Below, one piece after another: positions 13,001-25,513 of a stretch of 64,000 nt of DNA; position 1 is the first letter of the stretch; each line of letters opens with the position of its first letter. This DNA comes from Podarcis melisellensis (Eukaryota). Below the pieces are notes generated by a model, which was given only the letters and a program-made list of their open reading frames with translations, had not been told where the DNA came from and did no database searches. The stretch lies in assembly GCA_964234715.1 (NCBI GenBank), contig OZ174279.1; one strand, given 5' to 3'. The position numbers and the translations under genes are program-made.

Positions 13001-13949
13001 AAATACATACACAGCATTAGGATGCAATCCTTTGCCCACTGACTTGGGAGCCTGTCTCGTTGAACTTAAGGAGTTTGGCTTTTAAGGAGACATGCACAGG
13101 ACTATACTATGTTTTAGGAGCTAATAAATATTGTGATATATTATAATAATAATAATAGTAATAATAAAATTTATGATGGTCCCAGACCAGATTCACATAC
13201 CGTACTAAGCGAACATAAAAAACAATAGGATTAAGTTTAAATTAACAATTGAATATGACAATAAACAATACGAATATGACAGCCATTAGAAATGTGGTTT
13301 AGGTCTTAGTCTCTAAAATATTATCTAGAGTTTGCATCTGAGGCCTTAGTCTTTGTAACAGCACAATGAACTTGTGGCATTCACTGCTGCAATACGTGGT
13401 GACGGTCACTAGCTTGGATGGGGAATAGACACACTAGTCTAGGGGCCCATTGACCATTTTGCTTGCTCTCTAAATCAGACCACCTCCCGGAGGATAGGGT
13501 GTGCAGATGTTGCTGCTGCTTCCTGTTCCTTGTACTGCAAGTTCACTTAGAAAGGGCAGGTGAACTGGCAGAAACACCAAGTAACAGAAGCAGCCACAAG
13601 GCATGAAAGATCCCCTGCAAGGGAAATACATTTGAAAATGGGATGGGAGGCAGGAGCTGGTGAGCTTCAGTTTGAGAGTGTACGTCCTGAGAGTATGACA
13701 CGCTCCTAATTGGGAAAGAGCTCTAGGGGAGAATCTTATGCACATTGGTCTGTAGAATGTTTGGGGCTGGGGAGGTTGGAAGGTTCCCTTCTTCACCCCC
13801 CTTTTTTTAATAAGAAAAGCCTGAGGATGAAGATGCTGTAAGCGTAACCCAGGCATCTTTTCGAACTCAGGCCCAACTATTCCCACTGGCTTGGTTTCCA
13901 GCTTAGAAGCAGAGAGGACATCCCTGTGATTCACTCTGGAATTGTCCTA

Positions 13950-14092
13950 CAGCAGTGATTGGGAACCTGTGGCCTTCCAGATGTTGCTGATTTACAACCC
14001 CCCCATCATCCATGGTCACTTGCCATGCTGTATAGGGTTGATGGACACTAGAGTCCAGCAACATCTGGAAGCCCTAGCTCCCCCCTCCCTGC
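13950..14092. mobile_element. Degenerate palindromic hAT MITE (older relatives also near 3280-3465, 17890-18030, 28045-28170, 35300-35420)
   Basis: Shared core gccttccagatgttgct..actacaactcccatcatcc..gaccattggccatgct...catctggagg, similar to 8696-8831. Confidence 0.6.
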
Positions 14093-15479
14093 TCTACAGG
14101 CATCTACAAGAATCTGGACTACCAGCAGAAACGATAACAGGAGCCCAGAATTATGTAACTGGTAAAGTCAAGGCTTCTGCAACTGGATATCCAGTTTTTC
14201 ACAAAAGGAAGAAATTGGAGCTCCCTTCCGTATAACTTCAAGTTTTATGGGCAGTTCAAACCATTCTGTTTGGGAGGGCAAAGCTGATAAGCATTTAACA
14301 TGGGCCCTTCTTGCATCAGGATAACCCGTGGTGTGGGGGATGTGGCAGTTTGCTAGGTATAATTAATAGCTTCCTTGCAAAGCGTTTCTTTGATGAAAAG
14401 GCAACACCCCCAAGAAGTCTGTCATTATATAATAGCCAAAGTCCCCTGTACAATTAGTATTAGCAAAACCTAGCTAGGCTGTGGCCTCTGTTACAGAACC
14501 TTTATTGAACACCCTTCCTTATTGATTTGTATAAATTCCCTATACGGTTGCAGAATTCCTTGTACTTGAAATAAGGGAAACTCACCCTTACAGACTGTGG
14601 GGCTGTGATGATCCTGAATAGGAGGGAGAGCTCTGCACCACACTGACCTCTAAGTTCATAGTATTATTTGTTGTCTCTTTGGTGTATTATATCCACAGTT
14701 TATTTTGGGATAAATTACAGGGCGATCCTTAATGCACCTATTCAGCAGTAAATTCCATTCAGTTCAACAGGAATAACTTCCAGGTAAATGTTTCCATTCT
14801 AGGTGGCAGCTATCATCTGGAATAAATGCTTCCATATGCTCTTTCTACCTCTTCATTACTTATGTGATTTACCCAGCTGCTATCCTATATATCCACTTAC
14901 TTAATTGTACGCCCCACTGTACTCAGAGTAGACATAGAATCACACTACTCCATAACTTTTAGGATGTGCTCTCAGGAATATGAGCCATTGGCTCATATTC
15001 TCCAACCTTCCTCCTAACTGTGGTTTAATAAAGTGCAATGTTCTCTGCCAAAATTAGTGCACATTCAGAAATCACTGTAGATTTCATATATGTGAGGGGT
15101 GGGGGGTCACACTACTTTTATGATTAGGAATCTAGTTATGACATGTAATGATTTCAAGTGATTTCCATAAAATAGTCAATGTTTCAAGTTTATCTGGTTT
15201 CTCCTAGCCCAGTCTCTTTACAAAAAGCTCTTGATTCTTTGAATACTACCTTCCTGCTGATGGAAAATATCCTGTCTGATCTCCCTTTTTGGCACTTTGT
15301 CCATCATTCAATTGATCATAGCCATGCAGCTCTGAGCCAAGCAAAGATGCACAGTTCCGCCAACCTATGTTGAATTGCAGGAGTATACAAGCTTCACAGT
15401 TACACAAAACTCTTTGTCAGGCAAAATGGAAAGCAAGCTGAAACCACGGGATAGAATGGAACAGGCCATGATGCCAGGG

Positions 15480-15900
15480 CCCCGCGTCAAAGATAGAAGC
15501 TGCTTCTGCTGCTTGGATGGCCTCTGGAATGCCTCCACTCTACAAGGGTGGCTCCAGCGTGCTTGTTTATTGCACAGGGCTCAGCTTTCAAACATCTTTC
15601 CTCCGTGCCTTGTGCCCTCCTCCTGCTCCATCGGCCCTCCCCACTCCTTTAATTAATTCTAGTTACAAAGTGCTGCCTTTATTGTGCCATGGAGCCCAGG
15701 GCTCCCCCGTGGGAAAAGTCACACCTTCTGAACAGCTTCTGATGCCATGCAAATGAAGAAGAAGTCCAGGAAACGCTTTCATGTGGGACCTGTCCAGCCC
15801 CCTGGCCCATTAATTACACACGTTTCATTTGTTTGAGAGCAATTCCAGTGGGGAGGAAGAGCGAGGGAGGTAGGGAGGTCCTGGGGTTTGCTGATCATTC
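15480..15900. promoter_or_regulatory. Candidate FGF8 downstream enhancer (RBPJ + T-box + octamer + homeodomain)
   Basis: CGTGGGAA 15708-15715, TCACACCT 15719-15726, ATGCAAAT 15747-15754, two TAATTA sites; no repeat signature. Confidence 0.5.
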
Positions 15901-17059
15901 CTGCTGGATTTTCTAAAGACCCCCCCTCCTTTTAAAGGGATTTATAGCTAAGAAGGGACTCTGTAAAAATCCCAGCAGGAGGACCCCATACTTTAATTCC
16001 CTCTGTCCCTTACTCCAGATTAAACTGGCTTGACTTGCAAACCCTCGTCCCAGGATCACAGCTGCTGAATGAGCTATTGTGCTCTTAGCACCTGCCACGG
16101 TGGAACCACAATGTTGCCCCTGCCGCACACCATCTTCTCTGCTGCTGCCGCCGCCACTAAAACTATGGCTCTAAAGATGTTGCTGGGCACAACATGCCAA
16201 GGCTTTATCAACTCTTTGGAAAGGAGTATGTGCTGAAGATCAGGAGCCAAATCCAGAATCCACCTTACTGTCCTCAAATGGCATGCAGGGCACCACTGAA
16301 ATTTGAGAGCCCAAAGTCTGCCACTGCCAAAGGGTGGGGTAGGCTGCTTGTGAAGTAGGAATAAACTTTCTACATCACCTGGTTGCCTTGTGAGAGTTCC
16401 AGGCTAGGGACAAAGTCAAGCCCTGGGAGGAGGGATGGGCCACTGCTTGAGCCCAAGGTTTGACAAGTGATTCTCCTCTTCATCCCTGAGGGCTTTTGCT
16501 TAAAGCTGTGCCTAAAGCCTTAAGCAACTCTTTCACCCATCTCAAAATTGTCTGTTTTGTTTTGGCTATATTTGGGGGTTGAGGCAAAATTCTTTTCAGG
16601 AAGGTAAATCGGAATAGCTGCCATTCTGTCTCTCCCAGAAATCTCTGTTCTGGAGTGCTTTTTGAATTTTGGGGAGTTCAATATTGCTGCCAGTATAAGA
16701 AAAAATGTTGCCTTCTTTGCTATTTTCTGGGAACTACTATTAAAGTGGACAGCAGCTGAATATACTGTATACAGAAAACACACACACATTTTACTGAATG
16801 CACGTATCATTCCTCAAGCAGCTCATTTTATTTAAGAGCTGAAGTGTTAAAATACCTTTCCAATGAAAGTGCAGCTATTGAAGGTTAAAAACCTTAAAAA
16901 GCTTATTTTTAAGACTGTATGTTAAGGGATTCTTTTTAATGTTTGGAATTTTTAAATTAAAAACATCTTGGGGAAACTGTTTGTCCCAGACTATAACATT
17001 TAGTTTTTCACTTCACCTTTCTGCTTTTCCTTTTTCCTAGGCTGGTGTATTTTGGCTCA

Positions 17060-17290
17060 CTCTTTGGGTACTTCCAGATCACCTGTTTATTGAACATTCA
17101 TCATTATTTGTTTGCAAGCAGACAAGGTTGGCTATGCAGTAAGCATTCCCTCTGATTTGTTTGTGGGGAGGCTAGATAATGTTGTGTCAAAGAAAGTGCT
17201 TTGTCCCAGGCTCTCAAGGCCATTTCCCCACACTTTCCTTATTGCAAAAAGTCAATATTTGTGGGGAGCTGGTTTGTAGTGCAAGACCTC
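17060..17290 (+). mobile_element. Old non-autonomous DNA transposon (Harbinger-like), with copies near 33790-34090 and 43615-43920
   Basis: Three mutually similar segments sharing ..ttccagat...tttattgaacattca...atttgtttg..gggaggt..ga...gcatttcc...cactttccttattgcaaa; superfamily assignment tentative. Confidence 0.5.
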
Positions 17291-18859
17291 TCAATCAACT
17301 ATAATTATGTAACCTGAATTTACTGGTATGTGATTGAATCCCACATGAAAATAGTGACAGTCTGGAAGTGTTCTCTCTCTCTCTCTCTTCTCTCCCCCCC
17401 CCCAAAAAAACCTGTTTCCTCCCAAGCTAAGATGTCTTGAATGGATTGAGACTTCCCTGCAGCTCACAGGGTAGCAGCAGGAGGTGTTCCAAGCTTGTGA
17501 TTTGACTGCCAAGTAAGTGTTAGGTCCAGGGATGTGGAGCATGCTGGTGTTTTCACAGCTACTTTGCTACCACCTCTTGGTGCTTCCCATGTAAATTACA
17601 AGTGTCATGCCATCATTATCCAATTACTTAACATGAATCACACTCTTTTCGGCTCATGATAAAGTCTAAAATGAAGCTAGAGGAAGTAGAAACAGGTCCT
17701 TTGGGGCAATTAATCTATAGTGCAAGAGATGTGCAGCTCCCACTTAATTTCTAGTGCAGTGTCCAGATGGCTTTCCTCCATGTTGTGCTTCTGATACAGG
17801 GATGCTGTACTTTGTGATAGAAAATGTGATCCATTGCCGTTGTAATTGCTGCATTGGAAGATGGTTGCAGGTACATACCAGCTATGCCAGGAATAGCCAA
17901 AATGGTGCCTTCCTGATGTTTGCTGGACTACAATTACCATCATCCTTGGCCATTGGCCATGCTTGCTGAGGCTGATAGGAGCTGGATTCCAATAACATCT
18001 TGAGACCACCATGCTGGCCGCCCCTGGTCCATGTCATAGACTCTCATGCCACCAGTGATGGTGATACAACTCCATCTCCTATTATCTGCAACATTTTAAC
18101 ACCCCCTCCCTGTCTTTTGCCTCTGTATTTTTAACATGCCATTGTTGGCTGGACACTCCTCTCAAGAGTGTGACTACAACAGCATTGAAGAGATCATTCA
18201 GGGAGAAGGTTTTTTTATTTTTTTAAAAAAGCTTGAAAAGCAGCATGTCTATTTCTACTCACTCCCACACACTGCTTCTGCATTGGCCAGTCATTTGGGG
18301 ATTTTTACTTGGCAGGTGGGGGAGAGGTTGTGTGCTCCTTTGCTATGAAGTGCTGCAGCACTCAACCAAGTTGTTTGTGGGTGAAAGAATGCACGTAAAC
18401 TTCCCATTCAGAGTGAAGGACCATATCTCCGTGCTAAAGGGCCAGTTTCACTCCCTAGCATCTGCAGTTAGGGCTGGAGAAGATTCCTGCTTCAAATCCT
18501 GGAGAGTCCCTGTCAGTTGGAATAGACAGTACTGAGTTTGATAGGACTACTAGCCTGACTTGTTATAAAGCTGTGTTCCTGCTCTATATGGAAGCTAATA
18601 TGACTACAGCATTAAGGATTAAATCCATGCTGACAAAATGAATAACATACAATACCTGTCATTTTGCACACACATAATCAGGATAGCTTTTTACCCCCCC
18701 AAAAAAGTCTCAAATCAATATTGTAAAAATTCGATAAAATAGCCAAAAAGCAACAAAACCTAAAAGGGTGCAATCAGTAACAAGAAAACTAAACTTCCTG
18801 ACCTAAGCAAAAGATGAAAAGCCAAGAGCCAGCCAAAAATCAAACCATATCAAGACCCA

Positions 18860-19590
18860 AATGCCCATGGAAAGAATAACGTATTTGTCTGGCATATACA
18901 AATTGACAACAAAGGTGCCAGGCAAACCTTTTTAGATACAGAATGTTCCTCAGCCATGAGGCCACTGCTACAAAGACCCAATTTCTCGTTGCTGCCCATT
19001 GCACCTGCCTTGGAGGAAGCACACAGAGAAGGGCTTCTGGTGATGACCATAACATCTGAGTAGTCCATAATGAGGGGGACATGGTCCTTCAGGTATTGGG
19101 GTCCTGAGACATACAGTCATACCTTGGGTTGAATGCGCTTCAGGTTAAGCATGTTCGAGTTGCGCTCCGTGGCAACCTGGAAGTAATGGAGTGCGTTACT
19201 TCTAGGTTTCGCCGCTTGCGCATGCGCAGACGCTCAAAATGACGTCACACACATGCACAGAAGCAGCAAAAAGCGATGTGCGTGTGCGCAGACGTGCCGT
19301 CACTAGATATGTTTGTTTCTGGATGTGAACGGGGTTCCGGAACGGATCCCGTTCGTATCCAGAGGTACCACTGTATAATACTTTATAGGTCTCAACCAAT
19401 GCTTTGAATTGGGCCAGGAAACCAAGTGGCAGCAAGTGCAGTTGAGCCATAATCTATGCTGTAGCTGCATACTTGGTTTGTCTTGTCCCAGTAAGTTATC
19501 TGGCTGCTGAATTCTGGTTGAAGTTCCTTTAGTGGCAGCCCCATGTATATTGCATTGCAGTAATCCAGCCTAGAGGTTACCAGAGCATAT
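18860..19590 (-). mobile_element. L2 LINE 3' fragment, interrupted by a MITE
   Basis: Minus-strand translation near 19530-19590 gives ALVTSRLDYCNAIYMGLPLK, the L2 ORF2 C-terminal motif. Confidence 0.75.
19114..19373 (+). mobile_element. pogo/Tigger-like MITE, family B (260 bp)
   Basis: TA-flanked; ends CAGTCATACCT and GAGGTACCACTG; internal TGCGCATGCGCA and TGACGTCA. Confidence 0.88.
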
Positions 19591-20309
19591 CCCCAGTGCT
19601 TCTGTGTTCGCCTTCCTCATTGTGTATGCTGAGGCTGGAGTCCAGAAACATGGAGGATAAAGGAAGAGAGTGGCAGCTGCACATTACTCAGGACTTCTCA
19701 TTACAGTGTCATGCCATAAAGAAGAATTAAAAAGGGGGAGGCTGGCATCAGCCACAGTGGACTTCTTGGGCTTTCTGGGGCTTGATTCTGCTCAATCATT
19801 CAATCAGTCATTTTAATGATTCTTTTGTACTGGTTTTAATTGTGTTTTTATATTTTACTGCACACATATTGTTGTGCCCTACCATGATATTTTATGTTAT
19901 GGTGGTATAGGAATGCTTTAATAAATAAATAAGAATAAATAGAATCACTTTTCACAGAAAGGCAATCTTAGAAGGTTCTGTGCTGACCAAGTACAGCATG
20001 TCCTGGGGCTTCTCCATCTCTCCCGTGAGTTTTCCTAATTCTGCCAGTGTGATGAGCCCTGTCTGTGTATACAAGCAGTCATGGTTCATTGCTGCTCGAA
20101 GGTCTTTGTGTGTGATGTTACATAAAGCTTAATGTCTACTTAGGATCAGTTCAGCACAATCAAGAGGAGAGATGGTTTTCGGTGATAGCAGTGGAGCTGC
20201 TGGCACAAAAACTGTGGCTAATTGATTTCGCTTGACACCAGCCTTTCCTGCAAGAAGGAAACGCAGCATACAGAGAGTTCCCAGGAGGTCTCCCACTGAG
20301 GTCGGGTTC

Positions 20310-20645
20310 AAGCCAGACAAAAAGAAACATTGCATAGTTAAACTATGGCACTCGCTCCCACGGGAGGCAATGATGTCCACCAACTTGGATGGCTTTAAAA
20401 GATGATGAGATAAATTCATGGAGGGTGACGCTATCCATAGCTACTAGCCACAACGGCTATGTTCTATCTTCACTATCAAAGACAGTATACCTCTGAATGC
20501 CTGTTGCTGGGAAGAGTGAGGAGAGTGCTGGTGCTCTCTTGCCCTGCTTCCAGCCTTCCCATAGGCATTTGGTTGGCCACTGTGAGATCAAGATGCTGAA
20601 CTAGATGGACCTTAGATCTGGTACAGCAAGTCCTGCTTATGTTCT
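20310..20645 (+). mobile_element. CR1 LINE 3' end
   Basis: catagttaaactatgg...ccaccaacttggatggctttaaaag...cttatgttct; reverse-homologous to 28206-28540. Confidence 0.8.
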
Positions 20646-21372
20646 CAGGCCAACACCTGCTTAGCTTCAAAGAAGGAAAGACGCCCTATAGCTTTTTATT
20701 TTATTTATTTATTTTTACTTTGGGCAAAATCACACATAGAGTTAGTGGGAAATTATTTATGCTGGGTGATTCTGGGGATGGATACAGAAGCCAGGGGAGA
20801 GACCTTATTTACTCCTCCAGTGGTAGCTTTTTAACAATCCACAGTAAAGCAATCAAATACAAGGATCCATCTTTCATCTTTAAGCCACCATTTTACTAGT
20901 TACAGTCCACATAAAGTGACACCCAGCTGGGAAAGAGAGACCGTTTGCTAACAGCTTGTGAAGCTCTCTTTATTGCCCGTTATAACTGCTTTGCCTGCTA
21001 ATTTCAACACAGGGTAAATTGCTGAGCACCTTAGTCTCTGTGAAGCAGCCCCTTGAAATCAGTCCTTACTGCAATTAACAGCCAGTTTGGCTTCAGTTCA
21101 GCCTGCTGACTTTAAGGTGATCAAGAGTTGGTAATGATTGATTCCTCGGCAGTTGGGGCTTGGATGGAGAAGCCAAAGACCTGGGACATTAAACTGCATC
21201 CACCAAGCCTCAGCAAAGGGCTCAAAGATAAAAACACAGCAGCCAGGGACACAAGCATTGCCATCAGGACCAGGAAACCTGCAGCCGTCAATAATCACCC
21301 AGATTTCTCAGCTTTGTTTAACTCAGATTAATTTAACTTTGGTTATTTCAGGGCTCCTCCAGATGACCAGAA

Positions 21373-21594
21373 AGCCAGTGTGGTATGGTGGTTAGAGGGT
21401 CTGACTAGGGCCTGGGAGACCAGGATTCAAATCCCCACTTAGCCATGAAGCTCATTGGGTGACCTTGGACCAGTTGCTATCTCTCAGCTGAAACCACCTC
21501 ACAGGGTTGTTGTGGGAATTAATAGAGGAGGGGGAAAGGCACGTATCCACTTTGAGCTCCTTGGAGGAAAATGTGGGATATGAATGCAATAAAA
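21373..21594 (+). mobile_element. MIR-like CORE SINE (degenerate reverse copies near 22250-22410 and 31572-31782)
   Basis: tRNA-like head (gtggttagag...ggattcaaatccc) and CORE-like gtgaccttgg...cctcacagggttgttgtg. Confidence 0.75.
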
Positions 21595-23428
21595 CAATCT
21601 GTTTATCGAGCAGGCAAAATGCCCCCACAGAGGTTCTACTATATGTGGAATTGAGTGAGTATTCCCTCCCCCCCTTTTTTTAAATAGGGAGGTTATCTGA
21701 CAATGAGCAGTCACCCTGAATTGCTTGCACAATGTTTATATGTTTTGCTACTAGTCATTCATTCATCCCACACTTTTCAGCGCATTTCTTTGTCACTTTC
21801 CTAACCACAAAAAGTCAATTTAAAAATTGGACTTGCTGCAGAAGGGCAAATCCACTGTAACTGAGCAAGTTTAAATGTGCTTGATCCCTCCCACAAAATA
21901 CAGAGAGTCTGGAGGTGATCATAATCATGGTAATGTGGTCATTTCCTCCAAGTCCAGCGCCTGGCTTTTACCTAATGTAGTACCCACTTTCTGGAACTGG
22001 TGTCATTGGAGATTCAATTGCCCTTGTTTCCTAAATAATTCCCATCACCCCGTTAAATTTTTATAGTTCTTGAAAGCCTTTGCTGATGTTAGCAAAATGG
22101 CTTCTGCTTGGTTTGGGGGCTGTGGTTGTATTGATTTGAACACCTATAGCATTTTTAGTGTTTGGGTCATTTTAACTGTGGTTTTATTAAGTTTAAATGG
22201 TTTGTTGGAACTCAAGTGTGCTCTTTCCTGCAAGGAACACAAGGCAGCATACATTACTTCCCATTTCCTTTTATCTTTATACCAGTTCTGTGAGGTAGGC
22301 TAGATGGAGAGTGACTGGTACACAGCCACCCAGGGAGATGCATCACTAAGCAATGATTTAAACCTGAGTCTCCTCAATCCTGTTCTAACATTCTAACCAA
22401 TATACCACATGAGCTTTCAGTTAAGATTCCATGAGGATGTTGATAGCAAAAGTTTCTGTCAAGTCTGAAATGCAGTTTTTGCATATAATAGACAAGCCTG
22501 AACATGCCTGGATATCTAGTTCAACTGAATGCCCCTAAACCTGCGAGATTCTCCAGTATTTGAAACTGGGACCTGCAGAGCTAGGGCAGTTGTGCAGCTT
22601 TCTAAGTCTTGAGAAAGAATATGAAATCTGTTTTGCATGTTTGTGCATATGTCTACAAATTGAACTTTTTGTTGATTCACTTTTGCTATGAATTTATGTT
22701 GCAAACACTGTTACGCTATCTGTCACAAACACATTCTGAGTGCAGCCAGGAACTGCAGTAAAGGGGCACATAAATAAATTTAGCTTGACTGGAATGCTGG
22801 GTTGAATTTGCCAACATTAAAATTTTCAACTCACTGAACTATGGTTTAGGAAGTTGGGAATGTAGGTGCAAACCAGCCCATTGTGTGAAACCTGGAATTT
22901 CATCTCTGTGCTACCTTCCTTCGGCATGGTATCTTTTGTGCAACTTTGTGACCGAGGACAGGTGATTACAAAAAATTCCTTCAGGCCTCAACAACATGTG
23001 TAATCATGATGTGAAGTCATTTGGACTCCAGAGCTTTGTCCTCATCCAGGATGTTCAGAGATACTGCCAGAAATAAGTCCCATTTCATTTTAATTCAAAC
23101 TTATGGGGCTCTTAAAAATAAATTACCGATAATTTCAAACAAGAGTTTTCCTTTTGGGGGGTGGGGAGGTAGCTCCTGGTCAGCATTTAATCTGTCCAAA
23201 CCTGTTTCTTTCCCCTTGTCTCTAGCTTTACATTGTATTTCTCAGAGGGACTATTTAGGTCTACAACATTGTTGCTGGTACTTAAGAGCTTTCCTTACAC
23301 ACATGATCAAAGCTGCTGGTTCAAGTTGTAGCATGTAAAGAGTGAAAAGAGGCTGACACCTGTTTGAAAACACTTAGAAAACACAGAGAATGCACTACAG
23401 TGCAGGAATAGGCCTAGCCTTGTGAAAT

Positions 23429-23433
23429 ACACA

Positions 23434-23502
<69 letters not shown>
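23429..23502. repeat. Compound (AC)11(AG)26 microsatellite
   Basis: Direct reading. Confidence 0.95.
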
Positions 23503-23506
<4 letters not shown>

Positions 23507-24712
23507 GCCACAAGGGAAAGGCTAAGAGACAGAGAACACACACAGCCAAATCGGCATAAATCCAAAATCAAGCCTTAGTCTCAAGAAATAGACTTCCCTG
23601 AGTATTGCCTTTGTAGAAACACTTCGTAGAAGCACTCCAGGATGATGCATGAAAATGCAAGAAAGGAAAAAACCCAAACTGCTATGAGATCAATGACTTC
23701 AGTATGGGCAGGAGATGTTACAGATCTGTGAACTGTTTTACATACAACATAGCTTCAAACCCAGGTATGTGACCCAGTGCGCTCTCAACAGGAGCTCACA
23801 ACCAGTCCCAGTTCCCTGACATGTCCTCTGCACAATAAACCTGTTGCAATTCATGCTAGTCACATCATCATGTTTTATTTTTAAGTACTGTATATACATA
23901 AATGGCCTGACCTACAAATGTAGCATCTGATGTGGCCCTGACTTTTGTATTTCTAGTGCAATGGGACCAGTATTCTGGATATTAAAGGAAGTTCAGTTCA
24001 CAGTGTTGGTTGCAGTTCTACACACTGGATCACATTGAACTCCACCTTTAGATTTCAGAACTCAAAAAGGTGTGTCTTCTTGACTGCAATATTATTTTGG
24101 GAATGCGGTGTTGGTGGTTGTTTTTTACTGCTATGCCAATCCCTTCATGGATGGGCAACTGGAGATTTATCATGGTATAGATTTCTTTATGCATTCTGCA
24201 TGAGAAATGTTGCAACGCTTATTTTACTGCAGGGTACTCACCGTGTGTCCTGTGCATCCAGCTGTGATACATGCTTAATTAGTTGTTGCTCAATTAATAG
24301 ATTAATTAACATCCCACCCTTCAAACCAATTGTCTCTCTAATCTCAAGAAGTAAAGAAATTAAAATGACCAAAAAACAAAACAAAAAAACCAAAAAAAAA
24401 ACCAGAGATCCGAAGAATACTGAGCTAGATGGACCAGTGGACTTGGTATAAGGCACTTTCCTAGGTTCCTGAGTCAAATATTGGAGGAACTTCCAAATGA
24501 AAGTAGTGGGAGCAAACCTCTTTTAAATGAATGGACTTACTTCCATTCGTTTATACTTGAAACCAGGATGGATGTTTTCCATAATGCCTTAAAAAAAAAC
24601 CCACATGTAAATGATGCCCAGAGGCAGAGGGCATCACATTTGTGCAGGGGCACATTCAAAAAGCAAGTCCCCATGTGAAAAAGAAAAAACCTTCCAGGAG
24701 TCCTTTTTATTA

Positions 24713-24973
24713 CAGTCATACCTCTGATTGTGAACATGATCTGTGTGGGAGGCACGTTCGCAATCTGTGGCATTCGCAGCCTGAAGCGCCATGTCTGCGC
24801 ACACACGTGACGCAATTCAGCGCTTCTGTGCATGCATGTGACGTCATTTTGTACTTCTGCGCATGCGCGAGCGCTGAAACCTAGAAGTAACCCATTCCGG
24901 TACTTCCAGGTTCGGCGCAGTTCGCAATCTGAACACGCGCAACCCACAGAGTTCGTAACCCAAGGTATGACTG
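24713..24973 (-). mobile_element. pogo/Tigger-like MITE, family B (261 bp)
   Basis: TA-flanked TIR CAGTCATACCT / AGGTATGACTG; reverse-homologous to 19114-19373. Confidence 0.88.
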
Positions 24974-25266
24974 TATACATTTCTGATCATTTGTGCTCAT
25001 GGTGATATTGGGGTGCTTATACAAAATCCTGCTTTCAATACTGTTTGTGCCAGCAAAAGTTTGGGGTAGACGTACTGCTTTGTTTCAGATCCTGGAATTT
25101 CCTACTGAAATCCTGTAAACTTTTTATGCCACAAAGGTTCTGGCTGATTATTATTTTTTGTCCCTCTTTTCTTGCACGTTGCCGCAAGAGTTACCAATAA
25201 TGTGGTAACATTCGGAAGTATTGTAGAACAGCTAATAACATTGGATTATGTGTAGATGGTCAAGTC

Positions 25267-25402
25267 CAGGCATAGGCAAACTCCGGCCCTCCAGATGTTT
25301 GGGACTACAATTCCTATCATCCCTGACCACTGGTCTTGTTAGCTAGGGATGATGGGAATTGTAGTCCCAAACATCTGGAGGGCCAGAGTTTGCCTATGCC
25401 TG
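25267..25402. mobile_element. Palindromic hAT-type MITE (136 bp)
   Basis: TIR CAGGCATAGGCAAACTC / GAGTTTGCCTATGCCTG; TSD GTCAAGTC / GTCTAGTC (7/8). Confidence 0.9.
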
Positions 25403-25513
25403 GTCTAGTCTAAATCCACCACTAACGCACTGTTATTGCATCAGTGGCATGCTTTGGAATATACCCTTGGCAAAAAAAACCCCAAGCCCAGCCATCTGGA
25501 GGGTCCCATAATA

